Source of the DNA: Chiloscyllium plagiosum
Taxonomy: Eukaryota
Assembly: GCF_004010195.1 (NCBI RefSeq)
Contig: NC_057718.1
Span: 50,787,018-50,851,017 of the forward strand
Reading direction: 5' to 3'
Length of the DNA stretch: 64,000 nucleotides
Notes under the pieces: model-generated
What the model saw: only the letters and a program-made list of their open reading frames with translations
What the model was told of the DNA's origin: nothing
Database searches by the model: none
Translations under genes and position numbers: made by a program
Shown here: piece by piece, positions 1 through 12,613 of the stretch
Layout of the letters: each line of letters begins with the position of its first letter
Numbering within the stretch: the stretch's first letter is position 1

Positions 1-374
1 CTGAGGTACCAATCAGAAAGGTCACTAGACACAATGGGAAACAGAGGAGATAAAGAAGAAGCTTCTAAGAGCACATTGGTGATATTGATGTGCAGTCCTT
101 GTGTATGATTTATACTTTTAGAACATAGAAAATTACAGCACAGAACAGACCCTATGGCCCATGATGTTTGTCTAAGTGCTTACTTGCATTGTTCTAATAT
201 CTGCTGCAGTGTTATTTCCCAACAAGACATGAGAATGTTCGTCAAAATGAAAGACATGGAACATCTTCAAGCAGAGAAAGGATATTTACACTTCAGGTTT
301 AAACATGAGATTCCTTCTTATAATCAGCAAAGTGAGTCATTGTCTCATCCAACAATGAACCACATACCTTCAAC

Positions 375-582
375 ATTGGTGTGTATGGTCTGAGCTGCCA
401 AACGAAGTGGTGGAGATGGGTACAATTCCAAACATTTAAAAGGCATCTGGATGGGTGTATGAATAGGAAAGGTTTAAAAGGATTATGGGCTAAATGCTGG
501 CAAATGAGATGAATTCAGATTGAGATGTCTGGTCAGTGTGAATGAGTTGCATTGTTGGGTCTGTTTCTGTGCTGACTCCATG
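375..582 (+). mobile_element. CR1/HER1-like LINE 3' fragment
   Basis: gagctgcca..gaagtggtggag..acatttaaaaggcatctggatggg..atgaataggaaaggttta matches the CR1 3' end at 32333-32560 in reverse. Confidence 0.75.
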
Positions 583-1045
583 GTGATTGCAGTTAAGGCA
601 CCACAGATGACTCTCAAAGGCACTGGGGATAACAATGAGCTCAATGGGAAAAGCCAGGGGTTGGGATGTGCAATTAGTGGACTCTGCACAAGCACCTTAT
701 GGAAGTGATGGTAGGATCAGTCATACACTTACAGGTTATATAAGGAAAGGTCTGACCCATGTCTTGTTTGTCATAGCAATGCTACAAAATTCAAGGCTGT
801 AAGGTGGGCAATGGTCAAACCACATGTGGAACTGAATGGAGGAGACAGATCCAAATTTCAAAACCAGTCATAATAATTGTGCTGTCATAAGGATGCTCTT
901 GCTTTGTAAGAATACAGTAAAGGAAGTCTGCATTCTACAGCACTGCAGGGATGGTGTGGGTGCATGGTCATTAGGAGCACTGTCGGAATATGGAAAAACT
1001 CATGTTACAACATGGCAGTAAACCCTTCTGTTAATTCTGTTAATT

Positions 1046-1555
1046 ACCGCACCAACCAACCCAACTGCCCCGTGGCTGAACACTTTAACTCCCCTTCCCA
1101 CTCCGCCAAGGACATGCAGGTCCTTGGCCTCATCCATCGCCAGACCATGGCAACACGACGCCTGGAGGAAGAACGGCTTATCGGCTTATCTTCTGCCTAG
1201 GAACCCTCCAACCACAAGGGATAAATGCAGATTTCTCCAGCTTCCTCATTTCCCCTCTCCCCACCTTATCTCAGTCCCAACCCTCGAACTCAGCACCGCC
1301 TTCTTGACCTGCAACCTTCTTCCCGACCTCTCCGCCACCACCCCCTCTTCGGCCTATCACCTTCACCTTAACCTCCTTCCACCTATCGCATTCCCAGTGC
1401 CCCTCCCCCAAGTCCCTCCTCCCTACCTTTTATCTTAACCTGCTTGGCATACCCTCCTCATTCCTGAAGAAGGGCTTATGCCCGAAACATCGATTCTCCT
1501 ACTCCTTGGATGCTGCCTGACCTGCTGCGCTTTTCCAGCAACACATTTTTCAGCA
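1046..1555 (+). mobile_element. Penelope-like element 3' fragment (GIY-YIG C-terminus + pLTR)
   Basis: RTNQPNCPVAEHFNSPSHSAKDMQVLGL..RRLEEERLI, C-rich spacer and conserved tail shared with the 12000-12610 and 34444-35212 copies. Confidence 0.85.
1460..1495 (+). ncRNA. Minimal hammerhead-like motif (stem III CpG-decayed)
   Basis: CTGAAGA(1464-1470)-A-GGGC-ttat-GCCC-GAAACATC; sister copies read GAAACGTC. Confidence 0.55.
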
Positions 1556-2619
1556 TTAAACAACTATTTACAACTCAAAGCCTCCTTTCTCTTGAATGGT
1601 TATCTGCCTCCAACTCTGTAACAATATACTGTTTCAATAAAAACCATATTAAAATTACATCAACTTAATTTCAAAACCACACAGCGGCTGTCATCTCCAG
1701 TGTCCTTCTTCTTTCGGCTGTAGATCTCCCTGGGTGGTCTTCTGTCTTTACTGCAAAGATGTTTCACATGAAAATGGTACCGTTGATAGAGAGTGTTTTG
1801 AATGGCAGTCTTTCTCAATGGTAATTACTCTCTCAACGACAGTTGATCAGTCCAAATCTCAGACTGGATCTGTCTAAACCTGTCCAGTTCACGGACCTGA
1901 GACCCCACACTGATACGTATTTTCAATTTTCCAATACACTCTGAGACTGCAAGCTAGTTAATTATAGGTGCTCAATGTAAAGCATCATTCACTCTCTCTT
2001 AAAGGTACAGTACATGCCTTCAACTTCATAACACCCCATACTACACACCAGGGATTGGACTCCCTGATATGATTCAGACATCTTTAATACAAGGATCACT
2101 TTAGTGCAAACATCGAGGAGCATGTGATGGTGGAAGTGCTCATTGTAACACAGCTGCTTTAGTGCAATATTGGTCCAACAAATACATTTTTTTTTCAATG
2201 AGGTGAACAGAAAAGTGAATATTTTATGATACAGGTAAATGAAATAGATAAACTGCACAATCCTTGAGGGATATGGCCTGCAGCATGTCACAGGCTGACA
2301 ACCATTGACATAAATGATATATCAACAAAATCAGAAAAAGTCTCAATCCAGCTCAGTCCTCTTGGAAGCAGGTGGTTATAAAGTTATCTCTGGTCTCTTT
2401 GGCTTGTAGAGAGCTCTGGAAGAGTTTTCTTTAACATGGAGATTGAAAGCTGAATGTTGGACTATTTGAAGAGGTGCTTTTTTGTTTGTCCAACAAAATG
2501 TTTGATTTTTTTTCAATATTTATATTTTTAAATGTTTTCTAATTTTTGCTTTTTTATTATTAAATCTGTGGGTAAGGAAAGGTAGTTTATTTTTATATAT
2601 AAGATGGCATTGAGAGTTC

Positions 2620-5125
2620 CTTTTTAGGCCTAATGGAAATAAATCAGTTCTGGAGGTATTTGGAGAAGTCACAAGGTCACTAGGGAGCATCGGAGCCTGT
2701 CGGGATATGTGAGTATAGGGTATAAATTATTTACTTTTATCTCGGGCATTGATCAGTTCCCGGAGGCAGTCGGAGGGGTCACGAGGTCACATATTTGGGT
2801 GGTTGATTTACCCGAAACATTACTCGGGTAATGTCCCCCACCAATCCTCTTCTTCTAATAAAAAAAAGTTCTGTGTGCATTTGGGAAGGTGACAAGTGTT
2901 TTCTTTCGTGTTTCATTTTTTTAGTGGTCTATTTAGAATAGGGAGAATGGAGGTAAGGACAGTTGAATGTTCCTCCTGCAGTATGTAGAAAGTAAGGGTC
3001 ATCTCTAGTGTCCCTGCTGACTTCATTTGTGGGAAGTGTACCCAACTCCTACTCCTTGAGAACCGTGTTAGGGAACTGGAGCTGGAACTGGATGAACTTC
3101 AGATCATTCAGGAGGCAGGGGTGGGGGAGGGATTATTGAGATGAGTTACAGGGAGGTAGTTATGCCACAGCCACATGAAGAAGGTAGATGGGTTACTGTC
3201 AGGGTTGGAAAGGGAACCAGCTGGCAATGCAGAGATCTCCTTTGGTGGTTACCCTCAACAATAAGTATACTGTTTTGGATACTGCTGTGGGGGACAATTT
3301 ACCAGGGGTAAACAATGAGGCACAGGTCTCTGGCGCAGAGTCTGTCCCTGTTGCTCAGAGGGGAAGGGGGAAGAGGAACAGAGCTTTAGTCATTGGGGAC
3401 TCCATTGTTAGGGGACAGATAGGAGGTTTTGAAGGAATGAGAGAGACTCACGATTGGTGTGTTGCCTCCCAGGTGTCAGGGTTTGTTATGTCTCTGATCG
3501 TGTTTTTGGAATCCTTGAGGGGGAGGGGGAGCAGCCCCAAGTCATGATCAGTGACATAGGAAGGAAGAGAGATGGGGATTTAAGGCAAAACTTCAGTGAA
3601 CTAGGATGGAAGCTTAGAGCTAGAACAGACTTGTTATCTCTGGTTTGTTGCCTGTGTCACGTGCTAGTGAAGCGAGGAACAGGGAAAGAATCGAGCTGAA
3701 CACATGGCTGCAGGGATGGTGCAGGAGGGAGGGTTTTGGATTCTTGGATAATTGGAGCTCTTTCTGGGGAAGGTGGGACCTCTACAAACAGCATAGTTTT
3801 CACCTGAACCAATGGAGTACCAATATCCTGGAGGAGGATGGGGTGGGGCGGGTGGGGTGGGGGGGGGGGTAAATTTGCTAATGCCCTTCAGGCAGGGTTT
3901 AAACTAATGCAGCAGGGAGATGAGAACCTGAATTGTGGTTCCAATATACAGGAGGTTGAGGGTAGTGTGGTCAGGAATATGTTTACCGGGTTGCGAGAGG
4001 GCACCATCAATCAGGATGTTGGTTTGAAATATGTGTACTTCAATGCCAAGAGCATTTGGAATAACGTGGGTGAACTTGCAGCATGGGTTGGTACCTGGGA
4101 TTTTGATGTCGTGGCCATTTCAGAGACATGGCTAGGGGATGGACAGGAATGGTTGTTACAGATTCTAGGATTTAGATGTTTCAGCAAGAACAGAGAAGAT
4201 GGTAAAAAGGGGAGGAAGTGTGGCATTGTTAATCAAGGGTAATATTACAGCAACTGAGATAGCATCCACTGAAATAGTTTGGGCTGAGGTTAGAAAAAGG
4301 AAAGGAAAGGTCACACTATTGGGAGTTTTCAATAGGCCTCCGAATTGTTCCATGGATGTAGAGGAAAGGATAGCAAAGATGATGCTTGAGAAGAACGAGA
4401 GTAACAGGGTAGTTGCAATGGGAGTCTTTAACTTCCTCAATATTGACTAGGAATACTATAGTTTAGATGGCTCCGTTTTTGTTCAATGTGTGCAGGAGGG
4501 TTTTCTGACACAGTATGTAAACAGGCCAACAAGGGGCAATGACATATTGGATTTGGTACTGGGGAATGAACCCAGCCAGGTGTTAGATTTGGAGGTGGGT
4601 GAGCATTTTGGCGATAGTGACCACAATTAGGTTATGTTTACAACAGCAATGGGCAGAGATAGCTATATACCACAGGGAAAGAGGTATAACTAGGGCAAAG
4701 ACAATTATGATGCGATTAGGCAAGACTTAGGATGCATAGAATGGAGAAGAAAACTGCAGGGAATGGACACAACTGAAATGTGGAGCTTATTCACAGAACA
4801 GCTACTGCGGGTCCTTGATAAGTATATACCTATTAGACAGGGAGGTAGTTGTCGAGAGAGGGAGCAATGGTTTATAAAGAAGTTGAAGCTCTTGTCAAGA
4901 GAAAGAATAAGGCGTATGTGAGGATGAGGTGTGAAGGTTCAGTTAAGGATTTTGAGAGGTCTAAGTTAGCCAGAAAAGATCTAAAGAGAGGGATAAGAAG
5001 AGCCGGGGAGGGGGTGGGTGAATATGAGAAGTTGTCAGTGGATAGGATTAAGGCCTTCTATAGGTATATCAGGAATAAAGTAATGACTAGAGTAAGATTA
5101 AGGCCAAAGATAGTAGTGGGAAGTT
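2620..5125 (+). mobile_element. Decayed CR1 LINE 5' half: ORF1 (Cys motif, coiled coil, SGNH esterase) and ORF2 AP endonuclease; resumes at ~6068-6127
   Basis: ATG 2947 VECSSC..CGKC..LENRVRELELELDEL; ALVIGDSIVRG; YFNAKSI..DFDVVAISETWL; many stops and frameshifts. Confidence 0.9.
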
Positions 5126-5472
5126 ATAGAGTCATAGAGATATAGGGATATACAGCATGGAAACAGACCCTTCGGTCCAACTCGTACATGCTGACTAGAT
5201 ATCCCAACCCAATCTAGTCCCACCTGTCAGCACCTGGCCCATATCCCTCCAAACCCTTCCTATTCATATGCCTATCCAGGTGTCTTTTAAATGTTGCAAT
5301 TGTACCAGCCTCCACCACTTCCTCTGGCAGCCCATTCCACACATGCACCACCCTCTGTTTGAAAATTTTGCCCCTTAGGCCTCTTTTATATCTTTCCCCT
5401 TTGACCCTAAACCTATGTCCTTGAGTTCTGGACTCCCACCCTAGGGAGAAAAACTTTGTCTATTTATCCTAT
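5126..5472 (-). mobile_element. CR1/HER1 3' end inserted antisense into the previous LINE
   Basis: Closely similar to 32333-32665 and 49436-49770; ctatgact-type tail on the minus strand. Confidence 0.88.
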
Positions 5473-6061
5473 TGTGGGAAATAGAATCCACTCACTTCAA
5501 TAATTTCAGTCCCAGACAAGATCTAAAGCAGCAGTATCGTTTATTGTACACTTGCAAGAGTGGTGCCTATAAGGTAGGTACACCGAGTTTAATGAGTACA
5601 CAACTTATGTACAATTCATTTCTCTTTCCCTCCTCCCATTGCTCCTCCCCTGTTTACATCTCCTACTACTCTAAACCCGACTGTTTTATCTCTTGACTCA
5701 TCTGGCCTTATGCATAAAAAAGTACAAGTTTTGCTTGGCCATTTCACCATATCCCACTGTGGTCCATTGTTATATATCCTCCTCCACTGTCATCTGCTTC
5801 CTTGCTGGCTAAAGCAACATTTCCTTCCACTCTTTATAGATAAGGTGCTGTGACGGGAGGAGGTGTATCTATTTGCAGGCACATTTCATTCTTGTATGCA
5901 CATCTTAGCTAATGCAAAAGCAATTATATATTTCCTTCACATAATTTTAATTCTTGTTAACTCAGCTTTTGGCTGAAACAATTATATACTGGTGTGAGTT
6001 CATTTACCTTACATAAGCAATTATGATTGCAGAAGTAGCACTGCTTTACCTATATCCCACA
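5473..6061 (-). mobile_element. Solo LTR (589 bp) with 4-bp TSD
   Basis: Termini TGTGGGAAATAG / CTATATCCCACA (11/12 inverted match, TG..CA); CTAT duplicated at 5469-5472 and 6062-6065; minus-strand TATA-like motif (~5770) precedes AATAAA (~5540). Confidence 0.8.
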
Positions 6062-7276
6062 CTATCCTTTTGTATGGAATCTGGGGACATAGGGGTAGCG
6101 CTTATAAATATTTTTCATCAGTATATTGCTTTCCTGGTGTCAGGGTTAAAGATGTCTCAAAATGTTTGAAGCATATTGTCAAGGGGAAAGTGAGAAGCCA
6201 GAAGTTGTTTACACATTGGTAGGAATGACATAGTTAGGGAAAGGGTAAAGGCTTTGCAGGGCAAATACAAGGGGTTAGCTGGAAGATTAAAAAAAACATC
6301 AAAAGTAGCTACCTCTGGTTTATTTCCAGTGCCAAGTTCTAATGATGGAAGGAATAAAAGGTTAGGGAAGGTTAATCATAACTGAAGAGATTGTGCAATG
6401 TTCAGGGATTCAGTTTCTTGGATCATTGGGATCTCTTCTGGGTCAGAAATGATCAATATCTTGGAGGGGAGATTTGCTAGTTCTATTTTGGGAGCCTGTA
6501 AGCTTTAGGGGAGGTGGTGTTGCGGGGGTATGCGGGGGGGGGTTCCTAAGGAACGGTGATAAGAGAACAATGAGGATGGTTCTGAATCAGAAAAGACAGA
6601 CAAGAGCAAGTCAGAAAACTGAATAACACTGAACATGAGACTGTATTTATTTCAGTGCAAAGGGTCTTATAGGTAAGGCTGATGAGCTTGGGGCATGCAT
6701 GGGAACATGGGACTGGAACATTGTAACTATTACAGAAACTTGGCTGAGGGATGTTCAGGACTGGTAGCTCAATGTTCCGAGTTTAGATGTTGTGTGAAAG
6801 ATACAAAGAGAGGCAAGCGAGGAGGGGGAGTGACATTTTTGATTAACAAAAACATTATGATTGTAAACAGAGAAGATATCTCTGAGGGATCACTTAGTGA
6901 AAATTTATGGGTTGAAATTAGAAATAAGAAAGGGATGGCCATATTGATGGAATTGTACCATTGGGCCCCCAGCAGTCAGAGCGAATTTGAGAAGCAAATA
7001 TGTAGAGACATCTCAAATATATGTAAGAATAATAGGGTTGAAATAGTAGGGGATTTTAATTTTCCAAACATTGACTGGGACTGCCATAGTGTTAAAGGCT
7101 TGGATGGTGAAGAATTTGTTAAATGTGTTCAAGAAAACTTTCTTTATCAATATGTAAATGTTCCTGCCAGAGAAGGAACAAAACCTCTCCTCCTCTTGGG
7201 ATATCAGGCAGGACAAGTGTCTGAAGTGTTTATCAGGCAACATTTTGGGACTAGTGATCAAAATACTATTAGTCTT

Positions 7277-7511
7277 AAACCAAAAGAGAAAATGCTGGAA
7301 AATCTCAGCAGGTCTGGCAGCATCTGTAAGGAGAGAAAAGAGCTGTCGTTTCGAGTCTAACTGACCCTTTGTCAAAGCTTTGACAAAGGGTCAGTTAGAC
7401 TCGAAACGTCAGCTCTTTTCTCTCCTTATAGATGCTGCCAGACCTGCTGAGATTTTCCAGCATTTTCTCTTTTAGTTTCAGATTCCAGCATTCGCAGTAA
7501 TTTGCTTTTAC
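7277..7511. mobile_element. Fold-back (palindromic) Penelope-derived short element
   Basis: 101-bp arms (7277-7377 / 7378-7478), zero spacer, 3 mismatches; ~15-bp imperfect TSD (7265-7279 / 7512-7526). Confidence 0.85.
7376..7414 (+). ncRNA. Minimal hammerhead-like motif, U3-A8 core variant
   Basis: AGCT-TTGACAA-A-GGGTC-agtta-GACTC-GAAACGTC-AGCT: stem I AGCT/AGCT, stem II GGGTC/GACTC, palindromic ACGT stem III. Confidence 0.6.
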
Positions 7512-8459
7512 ACTATTAATTTTAAAGTAGTTATGGAAAAGGATAAGTCTTTGATAAAAGTTAAAATTCCTAATCGGAGTAAAGGAAATTTTCAGGGTAA
7601 GAAACAAGAACTTCAAAATGTTGATTGGAGTAGATTGGAGTAGACTGTTTGCAGGTAAAGGGATGTCTGACAAGTGGGAGGCTTTCAAAAGTGTGATAAT
7701 GAGAGTTCAGAGTCATTATGTTCCTGTTAGAGTGAAAGGTAAGCATGGTAAGAGTAGGGAACAATGGATAAATAAAGATATTGAGGTTCTAGTCAAGAAT
7801 AAAAAAGAATAAAAAAGATAAAGTCTACTGGGATTAACTGAATCTCTTGAAGAGGGTGAAGAGTGAAGCGGCATTCTTAAGAAGGGAACCAGGAAGGCAA
7901 AGAGAGGATATGAGATACCATTGGCAGATAAGGTTAAAAACAATACAAAAAGATTCTACAAAGACATTAAGAGCAAGACAGCAATTAGAAAGAGAGAGTC
8001 GGACCGCTTAAAGACCAACGAGGTTGTCTTTGTGTTGAACATCAGAAAATAGGAGAAATATTAAATAAATATGTTGCATCAGGTTTTACTGTTGAGAAAG
8101 AAATGGAGGCTGGGGAACTCTGGGAAACAAATACTGGTGGTTTGAAAAAAGTTGACATTACAGAAGAGGAAATGCTGGAGATCTTAGAAAACATAAAGGT
8201 GGATAAATCTCCAGGACCTGATCAAGTGCATCACCAAGTTGTAGGAAGTTAGTGAGGAAATTACAGGGACCCTAGCAAAAATATTTTTATCATCTATAAA
8301 CATAGGTGAAGTAATGGAGGGTGGTTAATGTTCCATTCTTTAAGAAATTCTGTAAGGGGAAGCCTGGAAAAAATAGACTTGTGTGTCTGACATTAGTAGT
8401 GGGGAAGTTGTTGGAGGTGATTCGGAAAGATAGCATTTGGAGAAGCAAGGGATGATTAG

Positions 8460-9043
8460 ATTAATTTTATATTGTCACTTGTAACTAGGTACAGTGAAAA
8501 GTGCATAATGTTGCCACATTCCGGCGCAATCTTGGATTACATAATAAATTACAAAATACATTATATTAATGGTAAAACACTGACTAAATGAATATTAAAT
8601 TGATAGCACTAAAATTGAAACAGCTTCAAAAGTTAATCTTTCCCTCTCTGTCAACTTCACCCACTCTGCTCCTCCAATTGCCACCATCCCAACCTTATTC
8701 TGGGCAATGTGTTCCTTTTCTGCTGTCACAGGTGCCACCACTTCCGTGCCCAATGCCTTTGAGCTGGAGATGGTCACGGTGCGTGGGTCCTTGATGTTGG
8801 ACATTAACCGACAGGTCCTGGCTCATCTTCTGATGCTGTCACCTGAGATGAAGCATGGATAGAGATACACGGGACCCTGACTCCCGCAGGAGGACATCAG
8901 GAGGAGGTCCCAGAGCAACCAAAACAAAAAAAAATTACTGAGCTGGAAAGGCAACGATGGACCATGTGAATGCAGCAGAACTCACTGTGCGAATTATGAG
9001 CAGCCAAGCCCTGAGCTCAGCTCTGCTCTGCCAGCTTGGATTT
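8460..9043 (-). mobile_element. Unclassified non-coding retroposon-like insertion in CR1
   Basis: Splits the CR1 sequence (gatgattag | tttagggatactcagcat); minus-strand tail ttttcactgtacctagttacaagtgacaatataaaa resembles L2/Rex1-type tails. Confidence 0.45.
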
Positions 9044-9404
9044 TAGGGATACTCAGCATTGTTTTGTATGAGGAAAGTCATGTCTCTCAAACTCCACTGA
9101 GTTGATTTTTAATGACATAACCCAAAAGATTGATGAGGGCAGAGTGTAGACATTGTTTATTTAGACTTTAGTAAAGCCTTTGACAAGATTCTGCATGGTA
9201 AACTGATTAGTAAAGTTAGGTCACATGGGATTCAGGGTGAGCTTGCCAATTAGATACAAAATTGACTTTATTATATGTGACAGGGAGTAATGTTGGAGGA
9301 TTGTTTATTGGAATGGAGGCCTGTGACTTGTGGTGTCCCAGAGGGATCGGTACTGGGTCCACTTTTGTTTGTCATTTACCTATATGATTTGGATGAGAAT
9401 GTAG

Positions 9405-10035
9405 AATGATGTGGAGGAGCTGGTGTTGGACTGGAGTAGACAATGTTAAAAATCACACAACACCAACTTACAATCCAACAGGTTTATTTGAAAGCACTAG
9501 CTTTTGGAGCACCACTCCTTCATCAGGTAGTTGTGAGCAGGACCATAAGACACAGAATTTATAGCAAAGATTACAGTGTCATGCAATTGGAATGATATAT
9601 TGAACAAACCTGAATTATGTCTTTCATCTTTTAGAATGGGTTGCTGGTTTTGGTTCATTAATATGTGAATCCCAGAATTTCTTTTAAGTCACATTCTCAA
9701 GATAACTTTAAGGTTTCACAAAAAAAGGTGACACCTCAGCTCAAAAAATGCATTAAAGGTGTAAGGTTAGAGTCTGTCTGTACCCCAATCTTGAGTCAGA
9801 CTGGTTCGATTTCCAAAGTGAAATTTATAAAATATTACATGGATTGGCTGCCTATTGTTTGTGCATTTTTGAGCAAAATCGATTGCATCTGCAAATTTAA
9901 TCCTGAAAATACAAATTCACCCCATTGACTTATATATGTGTGTGCATGCAGGAGAAAGAGTGTGTGCATGTTAGTGTGTGTGTGTGAGTATGAGTTTACA
10001 TGAAAGAGTGTGTGTTTGCATGTGTGCAAGCTTAG
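9405..10035 (-). mobile_element. Penelope-like element 3' fragment, second family
   Basis: 9405-9530 matches 41372-41497; carries hammerhead-like TAC-CTGATGA-A-GGAGT..GCTCC-AAAAGCTA-GTG (9529-9495). Confidence 0.65.
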
Positions 10036-10044
10036 TAAAGTGTA

Positions 10045-11075
10045 ATGGAGCTCCATTATAGCCTAGCTCGTTTATGGACAAAAGAGCTGAATTCCAGAGA
10101 TGAAGTGAGAGTGACTAGAGTTAATGAAATGTAAGGGAATTCTGCTTATAGGTATCATACCTCGCACCAAGGAAGATTGTTCTAGTTAATTGTTCACTTC
10201 AATCCAAGGGCACTATTTTATAGTACGTTGGGTTTGACCTCAGTCCGGCTACTTTCAGCTGCTTCATCAATTTCCCTCCATCAGGAGTCCTGAAGTTGGG
10301 ATGTTCACTGATGATTACACAATTGTCATGACTCCTCAGATACTGATGTAGTCTGCACCAGTATGCAACAAGACCTGGACAATATCCAGGCTTGAGCTGA
10401 TAAGTAGCAATAAACATGTGTATCGTACAGCAGACAGACAATGCTCATCTCCAAAGAAAACAAATGTTACCTTGACCCCATTACCAGTACTAAATTCCCC
10501 TATCAACATCTGGGTGTTACCATTATCCAGAACCTGAACTGGATTAGCTGTATAAATACTGTGGCTACAAGAGCAAGTCAGGGATTAGGAATTCTACGCT
10601 GTGTAATTCACCTCGTCTACCCAATGCCTGTCCACTATCTACTAGAAACAAACTGGGAGTGTGATGGAATACTCTCCACTTGCCTGGATGAGTGCAGTTC
10701 ACGCCACAATTGAGAAGCTTTACATTATCCAGGACAAAGCATCCCACTTGATTGGCATCCCCGCCACCACCTTCAACATTCATTCCCTTCACCACCAAAA
10801 TGAGTGGCAACATTGTGCAGCATTACAAGATACACTGCATTATCTCCTAGAAGTCCCTTGACAGCAACCTGCCAAACCCCCAATCTCTTTCAGTGAGAAG
10901 GACAAGGGCAATGGGAAAAACATTACTTGCAGGTTCCTTTGAAAGCCACACACCATTCATACTTAGAATTATGTCACCGGGTCAAAATTCTACAACTCTC
11001 TTCACAGCAACCCTGTGGATGTTCCTCTAACCCAAGAGCAGGTCAAGAAGGCAGTTCACCCTCCTCTTTTCCAGG
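10045..11075 (+). mobile_element. Old CR1/L2-group LINE 3' region (Deu-SINE-type tail); tail resumes at 12614-12690
   Basis: MEYSPLAWMSA..IIQDKASHLIG; same family as 51780-52600 and 56520-56960. Confidence 0.75.
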
Positions 11076-12613
11076 AGAAAGTGAGCACTGCAGATGCTGG
11101 AGAGTCAGAGTCGGAAAGGGTGGCGCTGGAAAAGCAGAGCAGGTGAGGCAGCATCTGAGAAGCAGGAGAGTCAACATTTCAGGCATAAGCTCTTTATCAG
11201 GATGTGGAAGGTCAAGGGGGCTGAGAGATAAATAGGAGGGTGGGGGTGGGGCTGCAGAAAGATAGCTGGGAAGGTGACAGGTGAATGCAAGTGGGGGGCA
11301 ATTGCGATAGGTAAGTGGGGAGAGTGGAGTGGATAGGTGGGAAGGAAGATGGACAGATAGTACAGGTCAAGAGGGTGGTGCTGAGTTGAAGGTCTGGATC
11401 TGGGATGAAGTGAGGGGAGGGGATATATGGAAGCTAGTGAAATTGAAGTTGATGCCATATGATTGGAGGGTCTCAAGGTGGAAGATGAGGCATTCTTCCT
11501 CTAGTCATCGGGTGGCTTTGATTTAGCAGTAGAGGTGGCGCAGAACTGGCATGTTCTTGGGGGAGAGAGACAGGGAATTGAAGTGGTCAGCCAGATGGTG
11601 CATGTCCTCCAGAAATGTTCCCTGAAATGTTCCACAAGTTGGTGTCCTGTCTCCCCAATATAGAGGAGGCCACATTGAGAGCAACGGACACAGGAGATGA
11701 GGGGAGTGGATGTGCAGGAAAATCTCTGCCGGCTGTGAAAAGATCCTTTGGGGCCTTGGATGGAGGTGGCAAGAGAAGGTGCCAGGAGTGGAGGGTGAGT
11801 TGGTGGGGGGGGCGTGGACCTAATGAGGGAGTCGCAGAGGAAATGGTCTTTGCAGAATGCAGATGGGGTGGGGAGGGAAACATAAATCTGGGTCTGATTG
11901 TAGGTGGTGGAAATGACGGAGGATAATGAGCTGTATCTGGAGATTAGTGGGAGTAAGAGATTGCATTTTTACAGTCGAGATTTTCTTGCACATCCACCCA
12001 CCTCATCTACCACCCACCTCATCTACTGTGTCGATTGCTCCCGATGTGGTCTCCTCTACATCGGAGAGACAGAATGCCAACTTGCGCAGGGTTTCAGGTA
12101 ACACCTGTGGGATATGCACCAAATAGCCGCACTGCCCTGTGGCCAACTACTTCAACTCCATCAAGGATATGCACGTCCTGGGCCTCTTCCACCGCTAAAT
12201 CCAAGCCATCTGACAACCGGATGAAGAACGTCTCATCTTCCGCCTTGTGACCCTTCAACTACACGGCATCAACATTGACTTCGCTAGTTTCCAAATCTCC
12301 CGTCCTCCCACCTCATCCCAGGTCCAACCCTCCAATTCAGAATCACCCTCTTGATCTGGCCTATCTGTCCATCTTCCTTCCCATCTATCTGTTCCACTCC
12401 AATCTATCACCATCACACCCCACCTGCATCCACCTATTGCCTTCCCAGATACCTTAACCTCCAGACCCACTCCTACTTCATTATTTATCTCTCAGCACCC
12501 TTCCCTCTCCCACACATTCCTGATGAAGGGTTAAGGCCCAAACCATCGACATTCCTGCTGCTCGGATGCTGCCTGACCTGCTGTGCTTTTCCAGCATCAC
12601 ACTATTCAACTCA
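11076..12613. mobile_element. Composite inverted Penelope insertion (minus arm ~11076-11955, plus arm ~11960-12613)
   Basis: GIY-YIG remnant HLIYCVDCSRCGLLYIGETECQLAQGF; both arms end in pLTR tails; perfect 11-bp direct repeat TCTTTTCCAGG at 11065-11075 and 12614-12624. Confidence 0.85.

Larger units (their letters stand above)
1003..2033. mobile_element. Possible solo-LTR-like repeat interrupted by a Penelope fragment
   Basis: Starts TGTTACAA, candidate end CATAACA; no convincing TSD, so boundaries are uncertain. Confidence 0.3.
6128..9404 (+). mobile_element. Second decayed CR1 LINE (esterase, endonuclease, RT start) with nested insertions
   Basis: RGGGVTFLI..LWVEIRN..IVGDFNFPNIDWD (ORF 6695-7360); RT motifs YLDFSKAFDK and [13 protein letters not shown] at ~9155-9370. 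Confidence 0.88.

Noticed and set aside
3835..3870. G-run / G-quadruplex-like tract (similar at 6520-6543)
   Set aside because: Homopolymer expansion inside decayed CR1 copies; no evidence of function.
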